Shown: positions 26,286 to 38,960, counted from the stretch's first letter. The stretch: DNA of 64,000 nucleotides from Octopus sinensis (GCF_006345805.1 NC_043019.1:31495360-31559359), one strand, 5' to 3'. The notes: generated by a model from the letters alone, not told the origin. Numbers and translations are program-made.

Positions 26286-26728
26286 ATATAATATATATAT
26301 ATATCCCAGGTATGACTTCAAAGTGCATCCTGTAATGGGGCTCTGGTATGGGAGTTCCAGGGTTTCAAGGAATGTGGAATCACCTCTTGGCCATTATTGT
26401 TCCCAGGTCTTTTCTGACCCAGAGTAGTAGCACCTGTTAAGATCTCAGCTCTGGGTTAATTAACATGTGAACCACTCACTCGCAGTAGCTCACATGCTAA
26501 GTAGTTCTTGTTAGAACTTCTTTCGAGGAGAAGGCAACCTTGTACTAAAAGAACCTAAAGTGAAGTTGGTTTTTGCTCATCTAAACCTCTGGTTTTATAG
26601 CTGATTGCACTGTAAAAGGGTTCAGTGCTGTACCACATTTCAGCTGCTTGAACTCTCAGAACATTTGCACAAACTTACTGAATTTAAAACTTGGTCTCTC
26701 TCAGCCACAAATCAACTTTCACTATATA

Positions 26729-26760
<32 letters not shown>

Positions 26761-27210
26761 GTCTATTTTGTCCCTCTGTCTTATATCATGGTGCGATATG
26801 AACATTTAAAGTGGATTTGACTGCTATTTCGGCATGGTGGTGTCTCTCAGACACCCTTATTTTTAGTTGTAAAAAATTATTACCTTTGTATAGTATTTAT
26901 TCCCATGCTGACCACTTGATAATACCGATATTTAAATATCGATATTATCCTTATTTATAAATTAATATATATATGTATTATATATATATATATATATATA
27001 TAATTATGTGAAATAGAAAGATGAATAATCTTGTAGTAGATTAATCAAAAGTTTAACCGATACCTTAGTAGCAAAAATCACAGCAGTAAACAGCACGGTT
27101 GGAGGTACAACCATCTGGCGTTGCAACCGTGCGATGGTGCGGATAATTGAAATTAAAACATTATTGGTGAATTGAAGAAATGGAGCTGAACGCAGATTGA
27201 ACAGAAATCG

Positions 27211-27310
27211 TTTTATTTCATTCTACACGTGTTTCGAAAGGCACAAATTACCAAAATCCGATTGAATAATGGGACCATATTGTGTCTTTCTCTTCAGGAA
27301 GAAAAAAGGA
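27211..27310 (-). ncRNA. Mirror copy of the hammerhead ribozyme in the left inverted arm
   Basis: Reverse complement of 29775-29870 (TCTTCAG at 27291-27297; tacacgtgtttcgaaag at 27224-27240). Confidence 0.85.
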
Positions 27311-28175
27311 AATCCGTTGGAAAAACAAAAACAGAACAGAGGCAGAGCAAAAAACAAATCGAACTGTGCTCCTAAGAGCCCATGGCGAAACTGTTTATCA
27401 GTGTATGTTGAGAACCGGTGGCTGAAGAATTCAACGGGTCAGGCATCGGTCAATCATGTGGGTGAGGGTGTATAGATGTTCTTTGTGACCGAGAATAAAG
27501 TTCTGACTATTTAAGGAATATTGGATGTTTTATAAGGGGCGAGAAAAAATCTACTTAGAGACGTGTGTGTGTGTATACTGTTCTATATATGTGTGTGTTG
27601 GCGTAGGGGTAGAAAACATTTTTTGTGTACGTGTGTGCGTTTGATCGTTCGGCTGTCAGTGGCTACTGCCGTGATAACCGTTGGGTGGCAGAAAAAAAAA
27701 ATAAAAAATATATATATATATTATGTTTTATGTGTGTGTGTGTTCATCTAAGCCTGCCTTGTCAAGGAAACCCCCCGCTGTGAGAAAACCAACCCCGTTT
27801 GTCTTACAGGAGTAATTCCCCTTGCAGTGGTTAATCGTAGATATCTTAAAGGCTATTTCAGAATTTGTTACCAAGGGCTATGGGTGCCGGTATTATTTAT
27901 AAACGCTATTTAAAGGCCAGATAAGTGTAACGCCGCCAATGGGGGCATCGAAAAGCCGACTGTAAGAGCCCGTTTACCATCCGGCCTCTGGCAAACAAAA
28001 TATGGAAGAGTTCGGAGACACAAAGGTTGCACTGTCTTCTGCCCCTATCAAATGGGAGGGCCACCGACAAAATTGACCATTCCAGCCTATAGCTTAAGTT
28101 CGCATCCTTCAGTCGCCATATTAGCTTACTGAGTCCCGTGGTCTGGCGCTTGTTCACGTCCCGAAAAGTTGCGTA

Positions 28176-29177
28176 ATGGTTGTAATCCCCTTTGGTAAGC
28201 AGATTAGAACTAACCTCCCCCTCATGTTTAGACAAGCCATCGCCAATAACTTCCCCAGAAATTCCAAATATTACTCCACGGTTAACTCACATAAAGTTAG
28301 GATAGCTTTCTCCAACACTAAAAACCTCGCCCAGATAATCGCCTCCCATAATAATAGGCTACTTACTAAGACCCTATCACCTTTTTCCGGAGGCACAGCC
28401 TCTTCCGCTCCCAGTTTAATGCTCAGTAGGAATAATTATAGTAGTAATAATGATATGAGAGCCAGTACAGTGACACATAATCTCAGCTCCAGCCAGGGAG
28501 TACCCACTAGGGGTATAGTTATAAATAGGGGTGTTGTGGTTGACGGTAATAATGGGAGTAGGGTAGAGAGCCCCATTAGCATCCCCAGCATCATTTCCCG
28601 CAATAGCAGTACCACGGGCAGTAGCAATGACAGCACTCTGATAGATAGTGGAGAATCAGGGGTTATTCCTATAGTTAATAGTGACGTAGTGGAAAATAGA
28701 GTAGTAAGCGGCTGCAGGTCTCGGAACGAATATAGTGACAGGAACGCAGTTCTAATTTCAGAAACTAATCCTAGCAGATTAAGATTCACGTCGGCGAACT
28801 CCAAGATCAAAAACGCCGTCTACCAATGCAAGGTTTACACGGACTCAGATGCCTTCACTTATGTAGGGGCATCATCCTCAAGATTGTCTTTGCGTGTCTC
28901 CAACCATTACGCAACTTTTCGGGATGTGAACAAGCGCCAGACCACGGGACTCAGTAAGCTAATATGGCGACTGAAGGATGCGAACTTAAGCTATAGGCTG
29001 GAATGGTCAATTTTGTCGGTGGCCCTCCCATTTGATAGGGGCAGAAGACAGTGCAACCTTTGTGTCTCCGAACTCTTCCATATTTTGTTTGCCAGAGGCC
29101 GGATGGTAAACGGGCTCTTACAGTCGGCTTTTCGATGCCCCCATTGGCGGCGTTACACTTATCTGGCCTTTAAATAG
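28176..29177 (+). CDS. PLE ORF fragment: RT C-terminal/thumb region, long S/N-rich linker and GIY-YIG endonuclease
   Basis: IPFGKQIRTN...FPRNSKYYSTVNSHKVRIAFSNTKNLAQIIASHNNRLL resembles the PLE post-RT segment. AVYQCKV...TYVGAS...R...H is GIY-YIG, followed by CNLC and CPH motifs. The ATG comes from the inverted arm, not from the original element. Confidence 0.85.
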   Translation: MVVIPFGKQIRTNLPLMFRQAIANNFPRNSKYYSTVNSHKVRIAFSNTKNLAQIIASHNNRLLTKTLSPFSGGTASSAPSLMLSRNNYSSNNDMRASTVTHNLSSSQGVPTRGIVINRGVVVDGNNGSRVESPISIPSIISRNSSTTGSSNDSTLIDSGESGVIPIVNSDVVENRVVSGCRSRNEYSDRNAVLISETNPSRLRFTSANSKIKNAVYQCKVYTDSDAFTYVGASSSRLSLRVSNHYATFRDVNKRQTTGLSKLIWRLKDANLSYRLEWSILSVALPFDRGRRQCNLCVSELFHILFARGRMVNGLLQSAFRCPHWRRYTYLAFK

Positions 29178-29774
29178 CGTTTATAAATAATACCGCACCC
29201 ATAGCCCTTGGTAACAAATTCTGAAATAGCCTTTAAGATATCTACGATTAACCACTGCAAGGGGAATTACTCCTGTAAGACAAACGGGGCTTGGTTTTCT
29301 CACAGCGGGGGTTTCCTTGACAAGGCAGGCTTAGATGAACACACACACATTAAACATAATATATATATATATTTTTTTATTTTTTTCTTTCTGCCACCCA
29401 ACGGTTATCACGGCAGTAGCCACTGACAGCCGAACGATCAAACGCACACACGTACACAAAAAATGTTTTCTACCCCTACGCCAACACACACATATATAGA
29501 ACAGTATACACACACACACGTCTCTAAGTAGATTTTTTCTCGCCCCTTATAAAACATCCAATATTCCTTAAATAGTCAGAACTTTATTCTCGGTCACAAA
29601 GAACATCTATACACCCTCACCCACATGATTGACCGATGCCTGACCCGTTGAATTCTTCAGCCACCGGTTCTCAACATACACTGATAAACAGTTTCGCCAT
29701 GGGCTCTTAGGAGCACAGTTCGATTTGTTTTTTGCTCCGCCTCTGTTCTGTTTTTGTTTTTCCAACGGATTTCC

Positions 29775-29870
29775 TTTTTTCTTCCTGAAGAGAAAGACAC
29801 AATATGGTCCCATTATTCAATCGGATTTTGGTAATTTGTGCCTTTCGAAACACGTGTAGAATGAAATAAA
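29775..29870 (+). ncRNA. Type I hammerhead ribozyme in the PLE 3' UTR
   Basis: CTGAAGA (29785-29791); stem II GAAAGACACAA/TTGTGCCTTTC; GAAA (29847-29850); palindromic stem III ACACGTGT; GUA cleavage after 29858; stem I cttc/gaa(t)g. Confidence 0.85.
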
Positions 29871-29919
29871 ACGATTTCTGTTCAATCTGCGTTCAGCTCC
29901 ATTTCTTCAATTCACCAAT

Positions 29920-29977
<58 letters not shown>

Positions 29978-29978
29978 A

Positions 29979-30014
<36 letters not shown>

Positions 30015-30400
30015 TGTATGTATGTATGTATGTATGTATGTATGTATGTATGTATGTATGTATGTATGTATGTATGTATGTATGTATGTATGTGTGTGTG
30101 CATATATATATATAAATATGATCATCATCATCAACATTTAATGTCTGTTTTCCATGCTGGCATGGATTGGGTAGCTTGACAGAAGCTGACAGAAGCTGAC
30201 AAGGCCAGGGACCACACCATGTTCCATAGTCTGTTTCGGGTTGGTTTCTATGGCTGGATGCCTTTCTTAATGCCAACTACTTCACAGAGTGTACTGGGTG
30301 CTTTTTATGTGGGCCCCCATCACCAGTGCTTTTAACATGGTAACTTAGGTTTAGGGCATCAATTCTATTGTGGTGGGTCTTATGGAGCACAACACTGACT

Positions 30401-30431
<31 letters not shown>

Positions 30432-30432
30432 T

Positions 30433-30468
<36 letters not shown>

Positions 30469-31214
30469 GTACTCATGAAGGGAGTGGATTAGTATTTTTA
30501 CTAGTCACCCTCAAAGAATGAGGAAGCAAAACCAGTTAGCCAAAATTATTAACCCAATCATCTTCTGATATAACCAGATATAGCATCATCATCATCACCA
30601 CCACCACCACCACCACCACCACCATCCTCATCGTTGCCGTCATTGTCGTCATCATCAACACACTACCACCACCACCATCACCAACATGACTGCCACAACA
30701 TTAACTAAGATGTCAAACAATAATGAATAGCATGATGAATTGTTTAGCAAACCGAATCTTCTAGCTACATTGAACATTCCAGCTAAACACAGCAACATAC
30801 AACATAGTTTCTATATATCTGTGTTGTTTACCTGTGTTGTTTATCTACCTACTTACTTATCTCCTGTAACATCTTATCGCACAATGGAGGAGGATTCTTC
30901 TTGTTCTTTGTTACAGTATATTCCATTGTGAAAACAAACATCTATGTAGGCTTGTGTGCCAGTGTGGATGTCTATGTGTGTGAGTGCATGATTGAATGTA
31001 TTGATATATATAAATCTATATGTGTGTATATATATGTATGTGTATATATATGTGTGTGTGCATGTATGTATATGTGTATATACATATATATGTTTGTATG
31101 TATACATATATATAGACAGATAGATACACATATATAAAGATGTCTAAATCTCCTTTTTCTCTCTTTCTTGATATTTATGCATATATGTGCATATATTTAT
31201 CTATATCAATCTAC

Positions 31215-31245
<31 letters not shown>

Positions 31246-31256
31246 TATAAATATAT

Positions 31257-31314
<58 letters not shown>

Positions 31315-31330
31315 ATATATATATATATAC

Positions 31331-31365
<35 letters not shown>

Positions 31366-31589
31366 AATATATAAATATATATATATAATATATATACATA
31401 CATATATATACATATAGATGTATATATATATGTACATATATATATATATATATACATATATATGTATATATATGTATGTATATATATTATATATATATAT
31501 GTACGTATATACATACAGACACACACACACACACACACAGAGACACACACACTCATATATATATATCTGTAATATGCAAATACATATAC

Positions 31590-31661
<72 letters not shown>

Positions 31662-32151
31662 GGATTCCATAGACCTGTCAGGTCATTATACATATATATG
31701 TGTATAGATATATATATACATATACACACACACATACGCACATATATACATCTATAAACACACACATATATATTTATAAACACACACACATATATATTTA
31801 TGCTCGCACACACACACATACGTGCAAGAGTGCATCACTTGATAAAAAGACAATTTAAAGAAAGAAAACCAGTAAGAATTATTGATGTAGATATCCAATC
31901 AATAGCTTTGTAGTTTCTTTATAATTATATATATCTTCTTTGTTTCACTGTGTTTGTCAGGTTTAAAAATAATATAAAATAAAATATAAATCAATAACGA
32001 AAAAAAAAACAATAAAGATAAAATTATACAACATGAATAACAACCAAAGAAAAACACACAAAACTCTGATCTATTTGTGATAAGTATTCTTGTTACTTTT
32101 AGCTATGGCAGAACAATGCTTGCTTAGAAATGATTACCATTATTGGTAAAG

Positions 32152-33835
32152 AAGGCAGCAAGCTGGCAGAATCGTTAGCACACTGGGCAAATTGCTTGGT
32201 AGCATTTCTTCTGCTTTTACACTCTGAGTTCAAATTCTGCTGTGGTTAGCTTTGCCTTTCATCCCTTCAGGGTCAATAAATTAAGTACCAGTGAAACATT
32301 GGGGTCGATGTAAATGACTTGTCCCCTCCCCAAAATTTCAGGCCTTGTGCTTTTTGGTTTTAGTAGAAAGGATTATTATTATCATTATTATTATTATTAT
32401 TATTATTGAGTGAGAGAGCAGTGCATGCCATCAAAGTGACACTGGAGTACAAATATACAAAGTCCAGTATATCCATCATGACTACCTGTCTGATAAGGGT
32501 ACACTAGGCTTTATGCATCACAACCATATGTGCGCGACATGGTGATCTCATATCAAGATTAACAGTGCATGACCTTGCAGGTGGGGCCCAGTTAGAATTT
32601 TCTTCAGGTTGAGTAGTCCATCCCTCTCAAAGGTTCCTGAACAAGGGTTGTTTAAGGACATTGAAAAAAACACCATCTTTCCAAAGGTGAATTATCCAAA
32701 CCCCAAAGAATTCCTCTCACTACTTCTGCTTGTGATCAAAGATGCATATATCATCAGCCTCTAAGGGACATGTTCAACTAGTTAAGCAACTGACAAGCAA
32801 ATCTGTGGTATTGAGCAGAATATTTGCTGTAGCCCATCTTTTATACCAAGACAAAACACTGTACATGGTATATTATTATTATTGTTATCAATATTATCAT
32901 TATTATCATTATTATTATCATTATTATTATTATTATCATTATTATTATTATCACATTGGGTGAAATGCTTAGTGGTATTTCGTCTGCCATTACTTTTTGA
33001 GTTCAAATTCTGCCAGAGTTGACTTTGCCTTTCATTCCTTTCAGAGTCAATAAAATTAGTACCAGTTATGCACTGGGTCATTGTAATTGACTTAATCCTT
33101 TCCCTCAAATTTGAATCCTTGTGCTTCCAGTAGAAAGGCTTAATATTATTATTATTAAGTTGGCAAGCTGGCAGAATCATTAGTGTGCTGGGCAAAATGC
33201 TTAGCGTATTTCACCCATCCATACATTCTGAGTTCAAATTCCACCAAGGTCGACTTTGCCTTTCATCCTTTCAGGGTCAATAAATTAAGTACCAGTCAAG
33301 TACTGGGGTCGATGTGATCAACCATGCCCTTCCCTCAAATTCCAGGCCTTGTGCATATAATAGAATGAATTATTATTATTATGTAAGATGGCAAGCTGGC
33401 AGAACACACCAAGTGAAATTCTTTACATTCTGAGTTCAAATTCCACCAAGGTTGACTTTGCCTTTCATTCTTTCAGGGTCGATAAATTAAGTACCAGTGA
33501 GACATTGGGGTTGATGCAATCGACTAGTCCCCTCCCCCAAAATTTAAGGCTTTCTGTCTTTAGGAGAAAGGATTATTATCATTACCATCATCATCCTCAT
33601 CATCATCTTCATCAACAACAGGGTCAGCGAGCTTGCAGAATTGTTAGCATGTTGGGCAAAATGCTTAGTAGCATTTCGTCCATCTTTACATTTTGAGTTC
33701 AAATCCCGCCGAGGTGAACTCTACTATTCATCCTTTCAGGGTCAATGAAACAAGTACCAGTTGCACTCTGCAGTCAATGTAATCAACTAACATCCACCCC
33801 TTAAAATTCCAGGCCTTGTGCCTATAACAGAAAGG
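32152..33835 (+). mobile_element. Cluster of five head-to-tail SINE family B copies separated by (TAT)n
   Basis: Repeated tRNA-like head (tggcagaa..ttagc; gagttcaaattcc) plus the core gactttgcctttcatcctttc.gggtc.ataaattaagtaccag at ~32152, 32957, 33159, 33385 and 33620. Confidence 0.85.
32409..32870 (-). mobile_element. Non-coding ~460-bp retroelement-like insertion in a (TAA)n tract
   Basis: Complex sequence bounded on both sides by (TAT)n; the minus strand ends ...ctctctcactcaataataat. (TAA)n targeting is characteristic of R4/Dong-type elements, but the family assignment is inference. Confidence 0.4.
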
Positions 33836-34929
33836 ATTATTATTATTACTATTATCATTATTATTATTATTATTATCAACATTATAATTATCATCCTTAT
33901 TATGTGTTAGCATTTGTTTTGGCAGGTATTTTGATACCAGTGAGGGTTAAATCAATATTGTTTATCTCTAATTGTCTGCAGAAAGAGATAAGAATAGGGT
34001 TATCCTTGCAGGAGTTCCAATAATTACAGCACGCTTTTGTCTTCTTATTCCTGGATACTTATTTTCATTTTTACTAAATCTATTTGAAGATTTATTCCTT
34101 AATTACAAACCAGGATTTTATGGAGAATTTTCAACATTTTTACTGTCTTTTCCCTTGTTTCTTTTATCTCTTTAATGACAACATTTCTCAGAAGATAAAA
34201 TAAAATATAGGTTTTTACGTCTTTTTAATCTTTTCTATAAAAGTAAAAATAATTATTTCATGGTTTTTTAAAAGGGTAAATAAATGTTTAGAGTTTTCAT
34301 TTGAAGGTCTAAGTTCTTCAAGTAATTCTGATGACATTTAAGAAAAAGAAAAAAAGAAAAAAGGATGAAATGTATATTTGTTTTAGTACTTTTTATTTAG
34401 AGCTATTTGTTATTCAGGGTGATTATTTATTCATACATACATATATACATACGTGTATGTATATGTAAGTATATATATATATATATGAAAATATATATAT
34501 ATATATATGTATGTGTGTATGTATGTATATAGATATAGATATATGTGTGTATGCATGTATATAAATATATATGTGTATGTAGGTATGTGTATATATATAT
34601 ATATATACATATAGATATACATATAAAAACAGATTATTGGTACAACAAGGCACCAATATTTACTGGAAAATAACAATCGATACAAATACATTATTGTAAA
34701 GCTTTACTGCATATATACTGGCAAAGACGTGTGTGTGTGCAACAAACATGAAAAATTTGTCTTACCTCTAGGAAGAACATTCGAAAGATTTGTCTTACCT
34801 TTAAGAAGAACATGGACAACCCAGAATTGGACATTCCTCTGTTTCCTGTTTCTCAAGAAGATCTTTGCTCAAAACATACATCACCCTTTCTTTCCTTCCC
34901 TGAGTGTCTTATTAATACTTTGCATGTAC

Positions 34930-35577
34930 ATGTACCATGAAATAGTTTCCCTACAAAAGTGTCAAGTGCCGAAGAGAGTGGGTGGGGAAAGGAGAAACAC
35001 CTGTATTCCAGGCTAAAGAAGGTCTTCACCCACTTAAGGTGTTGTTAGCTGTTTGGTGCAATATGAAAGGTTTAGTCCACTTTGAACTTTTAAACCCAAA
35101 CCAAACAATAACAAAGGAGATCTACTGTGGCAGCTTGAGTGGCTTAAGTCAGCACTAGAAGGAAAACAACCTTTGGTTTCAAGACGAAAGGTGTTCTACC
35201 ATCAGAATAATGCTCAGCCACATTCTGTGAGGATGACATTCCAAAGGCTGGAGCACTTTGAATGGGAAACAATGCCCACCCACATATTCGCCAGACATTG
35301 CCACATCTGAGTGTCATTTATTCTGCAGTCTTCAAAATCATTTGGACAGAAAAAATATGAATTCTGTAGACGAGGTCAGAACAGTACTGGAGGAGTACTT
35401 TTCATCACAGACAAGTGAATTTTGGAAGAGGGGCCTTGCAAGTCTACCAGATAGATGGAAGAGCATTGTAGAAAATGAAGGAGAGTATATTTTACATTAA
35501 AAAAGAATTGTGTTTATCTTAATTTTGAAAAATAGAAGTGTAAAAAGACTGCATTATTTATGAGATGACCCAATATA
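34930..35577 (+). pseudogene. Mariner (DD34D) transposase relic with right TIR
   Basis: Frames give GLHPLKVLLAVWCNMKGLVHFELL, HQNNAQPH, PTYSPDIATSECHLF and RWKSIVENEGEY*. Frameshifts are present. TIR gcattatttatgagatgacccaata plus TA lies at 35550-35577. Confidence 0.9.
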
Positions 35578-35634
35578 ATCACTATGTCTCACTTGAATGA
35601 TTTTCTTCTTTTCTTTGAGTAATTAATTGAGGTA

Positions 35635-35935
35635 GTGAAGGCACTTGGCTTAGTTGTTAGGGGTATTTGTTTCATAATCATAAGGTCATGAGTTCAATTC
35701 CTAGCAGCATGTTGTGTAAGACACTTTATTTCATGGTGCTTCAGTTCACGAAGCTGGCAATAATGAGTAACACCCGTATTTCAAAGGGCCAGCCTTGTCA
35801 CACTCTGTGTCATGCCAAATTTTCCCTGAGAACAACGTGAAGGGTACGTGTGTCTTGCACATTAATTTCTCATCCTGGCTGTTCCATTGATCATATCAAC
35901 TGGAACCCTCATCATTGTGACCAACAGAGTGCCAG
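35635..35935 (+). mobile_element. tRNA-derived SINE family C
   Basis: A/B-box head (tggcttagttg; gagttcaattcc) and body caaagggccagccttgtcacactctgtgtca. Related copies at 16570-16790(-), 46620-46860(-) and 55698-55950(+). Confidence 0.75.
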
Positions 35936-36544
35936 TATTTGAAACACAGATAGATATTAATTTTGTAAAGAATGTCACAATCATATTCTTAATAAACATC
36001 TCTCTGGCTTCACTGGGAAATTACACAGCACAGTAAGACGCAGTGCTCTCAGCAAACAGAGAAAAAGACACAGGGTAAAATGTACTTATTAACTATTTTG
36101 TGACCATATCTTTAATGAAAAGCACTAATTATAGGTTTTGATTAATCCAGAAACAATCAAAACTTTGGAAGATTTTAGTAAAACAACTGACTTTTCCATT
36201 ATTAAGTCATACAATTTATGAAAAATGATCTTTTATATAATTACAATAAAAGCTAACAATTTAATTACAAACTCTTTAAAATTAATGACTTATAACCATT
36301 AATTTTTAAAGAGCTCATAATTTGCGTTGGTGGTCTCAGGTGGGTTGATATCAAAAGATTTAAAATACAATGGTAAATTATTTTCCTGAACTGGCTCAGG
36401 TTAACTCAGACCACTGCCAGCCATGTATCTCCTCCATTGCAAGACACCCATTTCTACCCTTTAACCCCGCTCTTCTCAAAACTTGGTATAAAGCCATCCC
36501 CTCAGTACTACACCCCCTTTCTCAGTTAAGCGGGGTCTTCTCTT

Positions 36545-36760
36545 GTGAGTTACCTGGTGACCTCATTGGTTCCAGTGCCACGTAAAAAGTACCAAGTACA
36601 CTTTATAAAGTGTTGGCATTAGGAAGGGCATCAAGTCATAAGAAACCATGCTATAGCAGATATTGGAACTTGACACAGTCCTTTGGCTGGTTGGTTCTTG
36701 TCAAAATGCTTGACCCATGCCAGCATGGAAAACAGGCGTGAAGTAACGATAATGATGAGG
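36545..36760 (+). mobile_element. RTE-tail SINE/LINE 3' end, family D, ending in (GAT)n
   Basis: ggcattaggaagggcatc...cccatgccagcatggaaaac...gatgatga. Copies at ~10700-10900, 20740-20935, 22420-22605, 30125-30330(-), 46240-46410(-), 51430-51610(-), 53930-54100(-) and 54750-54960(-). Confidence 0.75.
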
Positions 36761-38169
36761 GAGAGGGTCTGTGTAAGTGAGTTGCTATACCAACAAGAAA
36801 TAGCAGTCAAATTTTCCTCAAATTATACTTCAATGTCTTAAAAAAGGACTTGTCGGATTAAACAGTCCTAGATTCTCTTCATATAGGAAAAAAGATAGGC
36901 TGATCACTTCTGGAGTACTTTTAGCAATAAGTCAACCGATGAGGGGGAGGGAGGAGATTGGCCTTGGGTTAAACAACAATAAAATCAACAAGTGCCATTA
37001 ATATCTTCAAGTTCTGGTGATTATTTGAAGTGGAGTTGAAACAGCAAAATGTACTTCACTTTCCATGGTCACTTAATATAACTCTTTTAAGCTGACAATA
37101 ATATAACACAATAAAGCAACTTCTACTGCTTTGACCCTTTCTTTTTACGCTGAAGATGTTCTGAAGAATCGATTTGCCGAATAGCTGATGTAAAACTCTC
37201 AGACAATTACTAAACCAGTTTATGGTCAAGCTGATTTCTAATTGGCGTGAGAATTGCAGCTGGAGAAATGTCTGTATAAACTTTGACTACAAAGAAATCT
37301 GTTCAGCAAATGGGGATAAGATAGGAGAAGGAAAAAAAAAATGTGAACAGAGAATAAGCGCGAAAAAAAAATCTTCAAAGAAAATATTTGATTTTCTTTT
37401 TGCTTCCATTTGTTACAAATCAGCACAATATGAGATGGCAGTTTTGCTGTTGTTGTTATTGTTGTTGTTGCTATTGTTTAGTTCCAGATAAAGCCTAAAT
37501 AAGTAGAAACAGATCTATGATCAAAGACAGTCCAGCTTTGACTATTATAACTTTTTGCAGGATACCTGAGACTGCATTATCTAAAATGTTTTCCCAGCCC
37601 TCTCAGCTAATTAACTCACTGTAATGTTTTCATTTTCCTGCAAACTTTTATGGATTGATGTAGTCATGGGAAAACTGTGGTCTGTAGGCCACATGCAGTC
37701 AGCAGGCATTTCTGAATGGAGCACCAACAAAAAAATTGCTTAGAATTTGTCTTTTTAGTAGTGCAGTCTGCCTCATTATGAGCCATGTCTCACACTGCCT
37801 ACTTTTCAAAAAACATTACCAAGATAGGTTTCAGTGCAATGCAATACACCAGTGATCAGTGTTTTGGTTTCACTTTCAGTTTTAAAGGTACAGCAAATAG
37901 AGTCTTAGCTTTTGTTCTTTTCAGTCGCTTGTTTCAGTTTCTTCCAATATATTCATGTCCTGGAGGGCTAATTGTACTACTTGACATGTGAGGAAATTTA
38001 ATTTGCTTCTGTCTTTTTATAAACAGAGGTATCTAATTTTTCTTTTCACCTTCTCCTGGATTATCTCTTGTGCTAGAGAAATGCTGTTGAGTCTCACAAA
38101 ATTCTTCCATCTACACTTTTTTTTCTCGTACCTATGAAAGAGCCAAAAATTTTCTCTGTTCATTTAATA

Positions 38170-38960
38170 TTAGTTCCAAATTTTGGTTTAAAGCCAAAAA
38201 CATTGGAGGAGGTGGGCAAGATGATGGCATCCATTCCAGTGCTTAATTGGTGGTTATTTTACCGACTCTGAAAGGATGAAAGGCTAAGTCGACCTCAGTG
38301 AAATTGGAACTCAGAACATAAAGATGGATGAAATGCTCCTAAGTTTTTGCCCAGAGTGCTAATGATTCTGACAGCTTACCACCTTTCTGTTCATTCAATA
38401 TTAGTTTCAAATTTTAGCACAAGGCCAGCAGTTTTGTAAGAGGGATTCAGTTCATTAAATTGACTCCAGTGCTCAAATGATACGTATCTTAACAACCTTG
38501 AAAGGATGAAAGGCAAAATCGACCCAGTGAAATTTGAACTCAGAACATAAGGATGGATGAAATGCCATTAAGCATTTTACCTGGCTGTCTTTACATTCTG
38601 AGTTCAAATTCTGCCGAGGTTGACTTTGCCTGTCATCCTTTCGGAGTTGATAAATTAAGTATCAGTTGTGTACTGGAGTCGATCTAATCAACTGGCCCCC
38701 TCCCCAAAAATGTTGGACATTGTGCCTAAAGTAGAAAAGAATATTAAAAAATAAGACAGTGAGCTGGCAGAATTTTTAGCATACTGGGCAAAATACTCAG
38801 TGGAATTTCATCTGTCATTATGGTACAAGTTCAAATTCCGCCAGGTTCGACTTGACCTTTTATCACTTCAAGGTCGATAAAACAAGTACCAGCTGAACAC
38901 TGGTGTCAATCTGATTGACTTGTCCTCCTCCCCTGAAATTGCTGGCCTTGTGACAAAATA
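38170..38960. mobile_element. Four SINE-B copies arranged minus, minus, plus, plus
   Basis: The core is on the minus strand at ~38170-38384 and 38400-38587, and on the plus strand at 38588-38740 and 38755-38960. Confidence 0.8.

Larger units (their letters stand above)
27003..29928 (+). mobile_element. 5'-truncated Penelope-like element with inverted pseudo-LTR (arms 27154-28182 and 28901-29928)
   Basis: A ~1.03-kb, ~99% identical inverted repeat surrounds a 718-bp unique core. It has a GIY-YIG ORF, hammerheads in both arms and (TA)n at both outer ends. Confidence 0.9.

Noticed and set aside
27375-27445. Additional type II hammerhead (GAAA-CTG...CAGT...CTGAAGA)
   Set aside because: The cleavage triplet would end in G, and stems I and II do not pair.
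27906-28235. Separate 109-aa gene on the minus strand
   Set aside because: It is the inverted copy of the last ~92 codons of the PLE endonuclease ORF.
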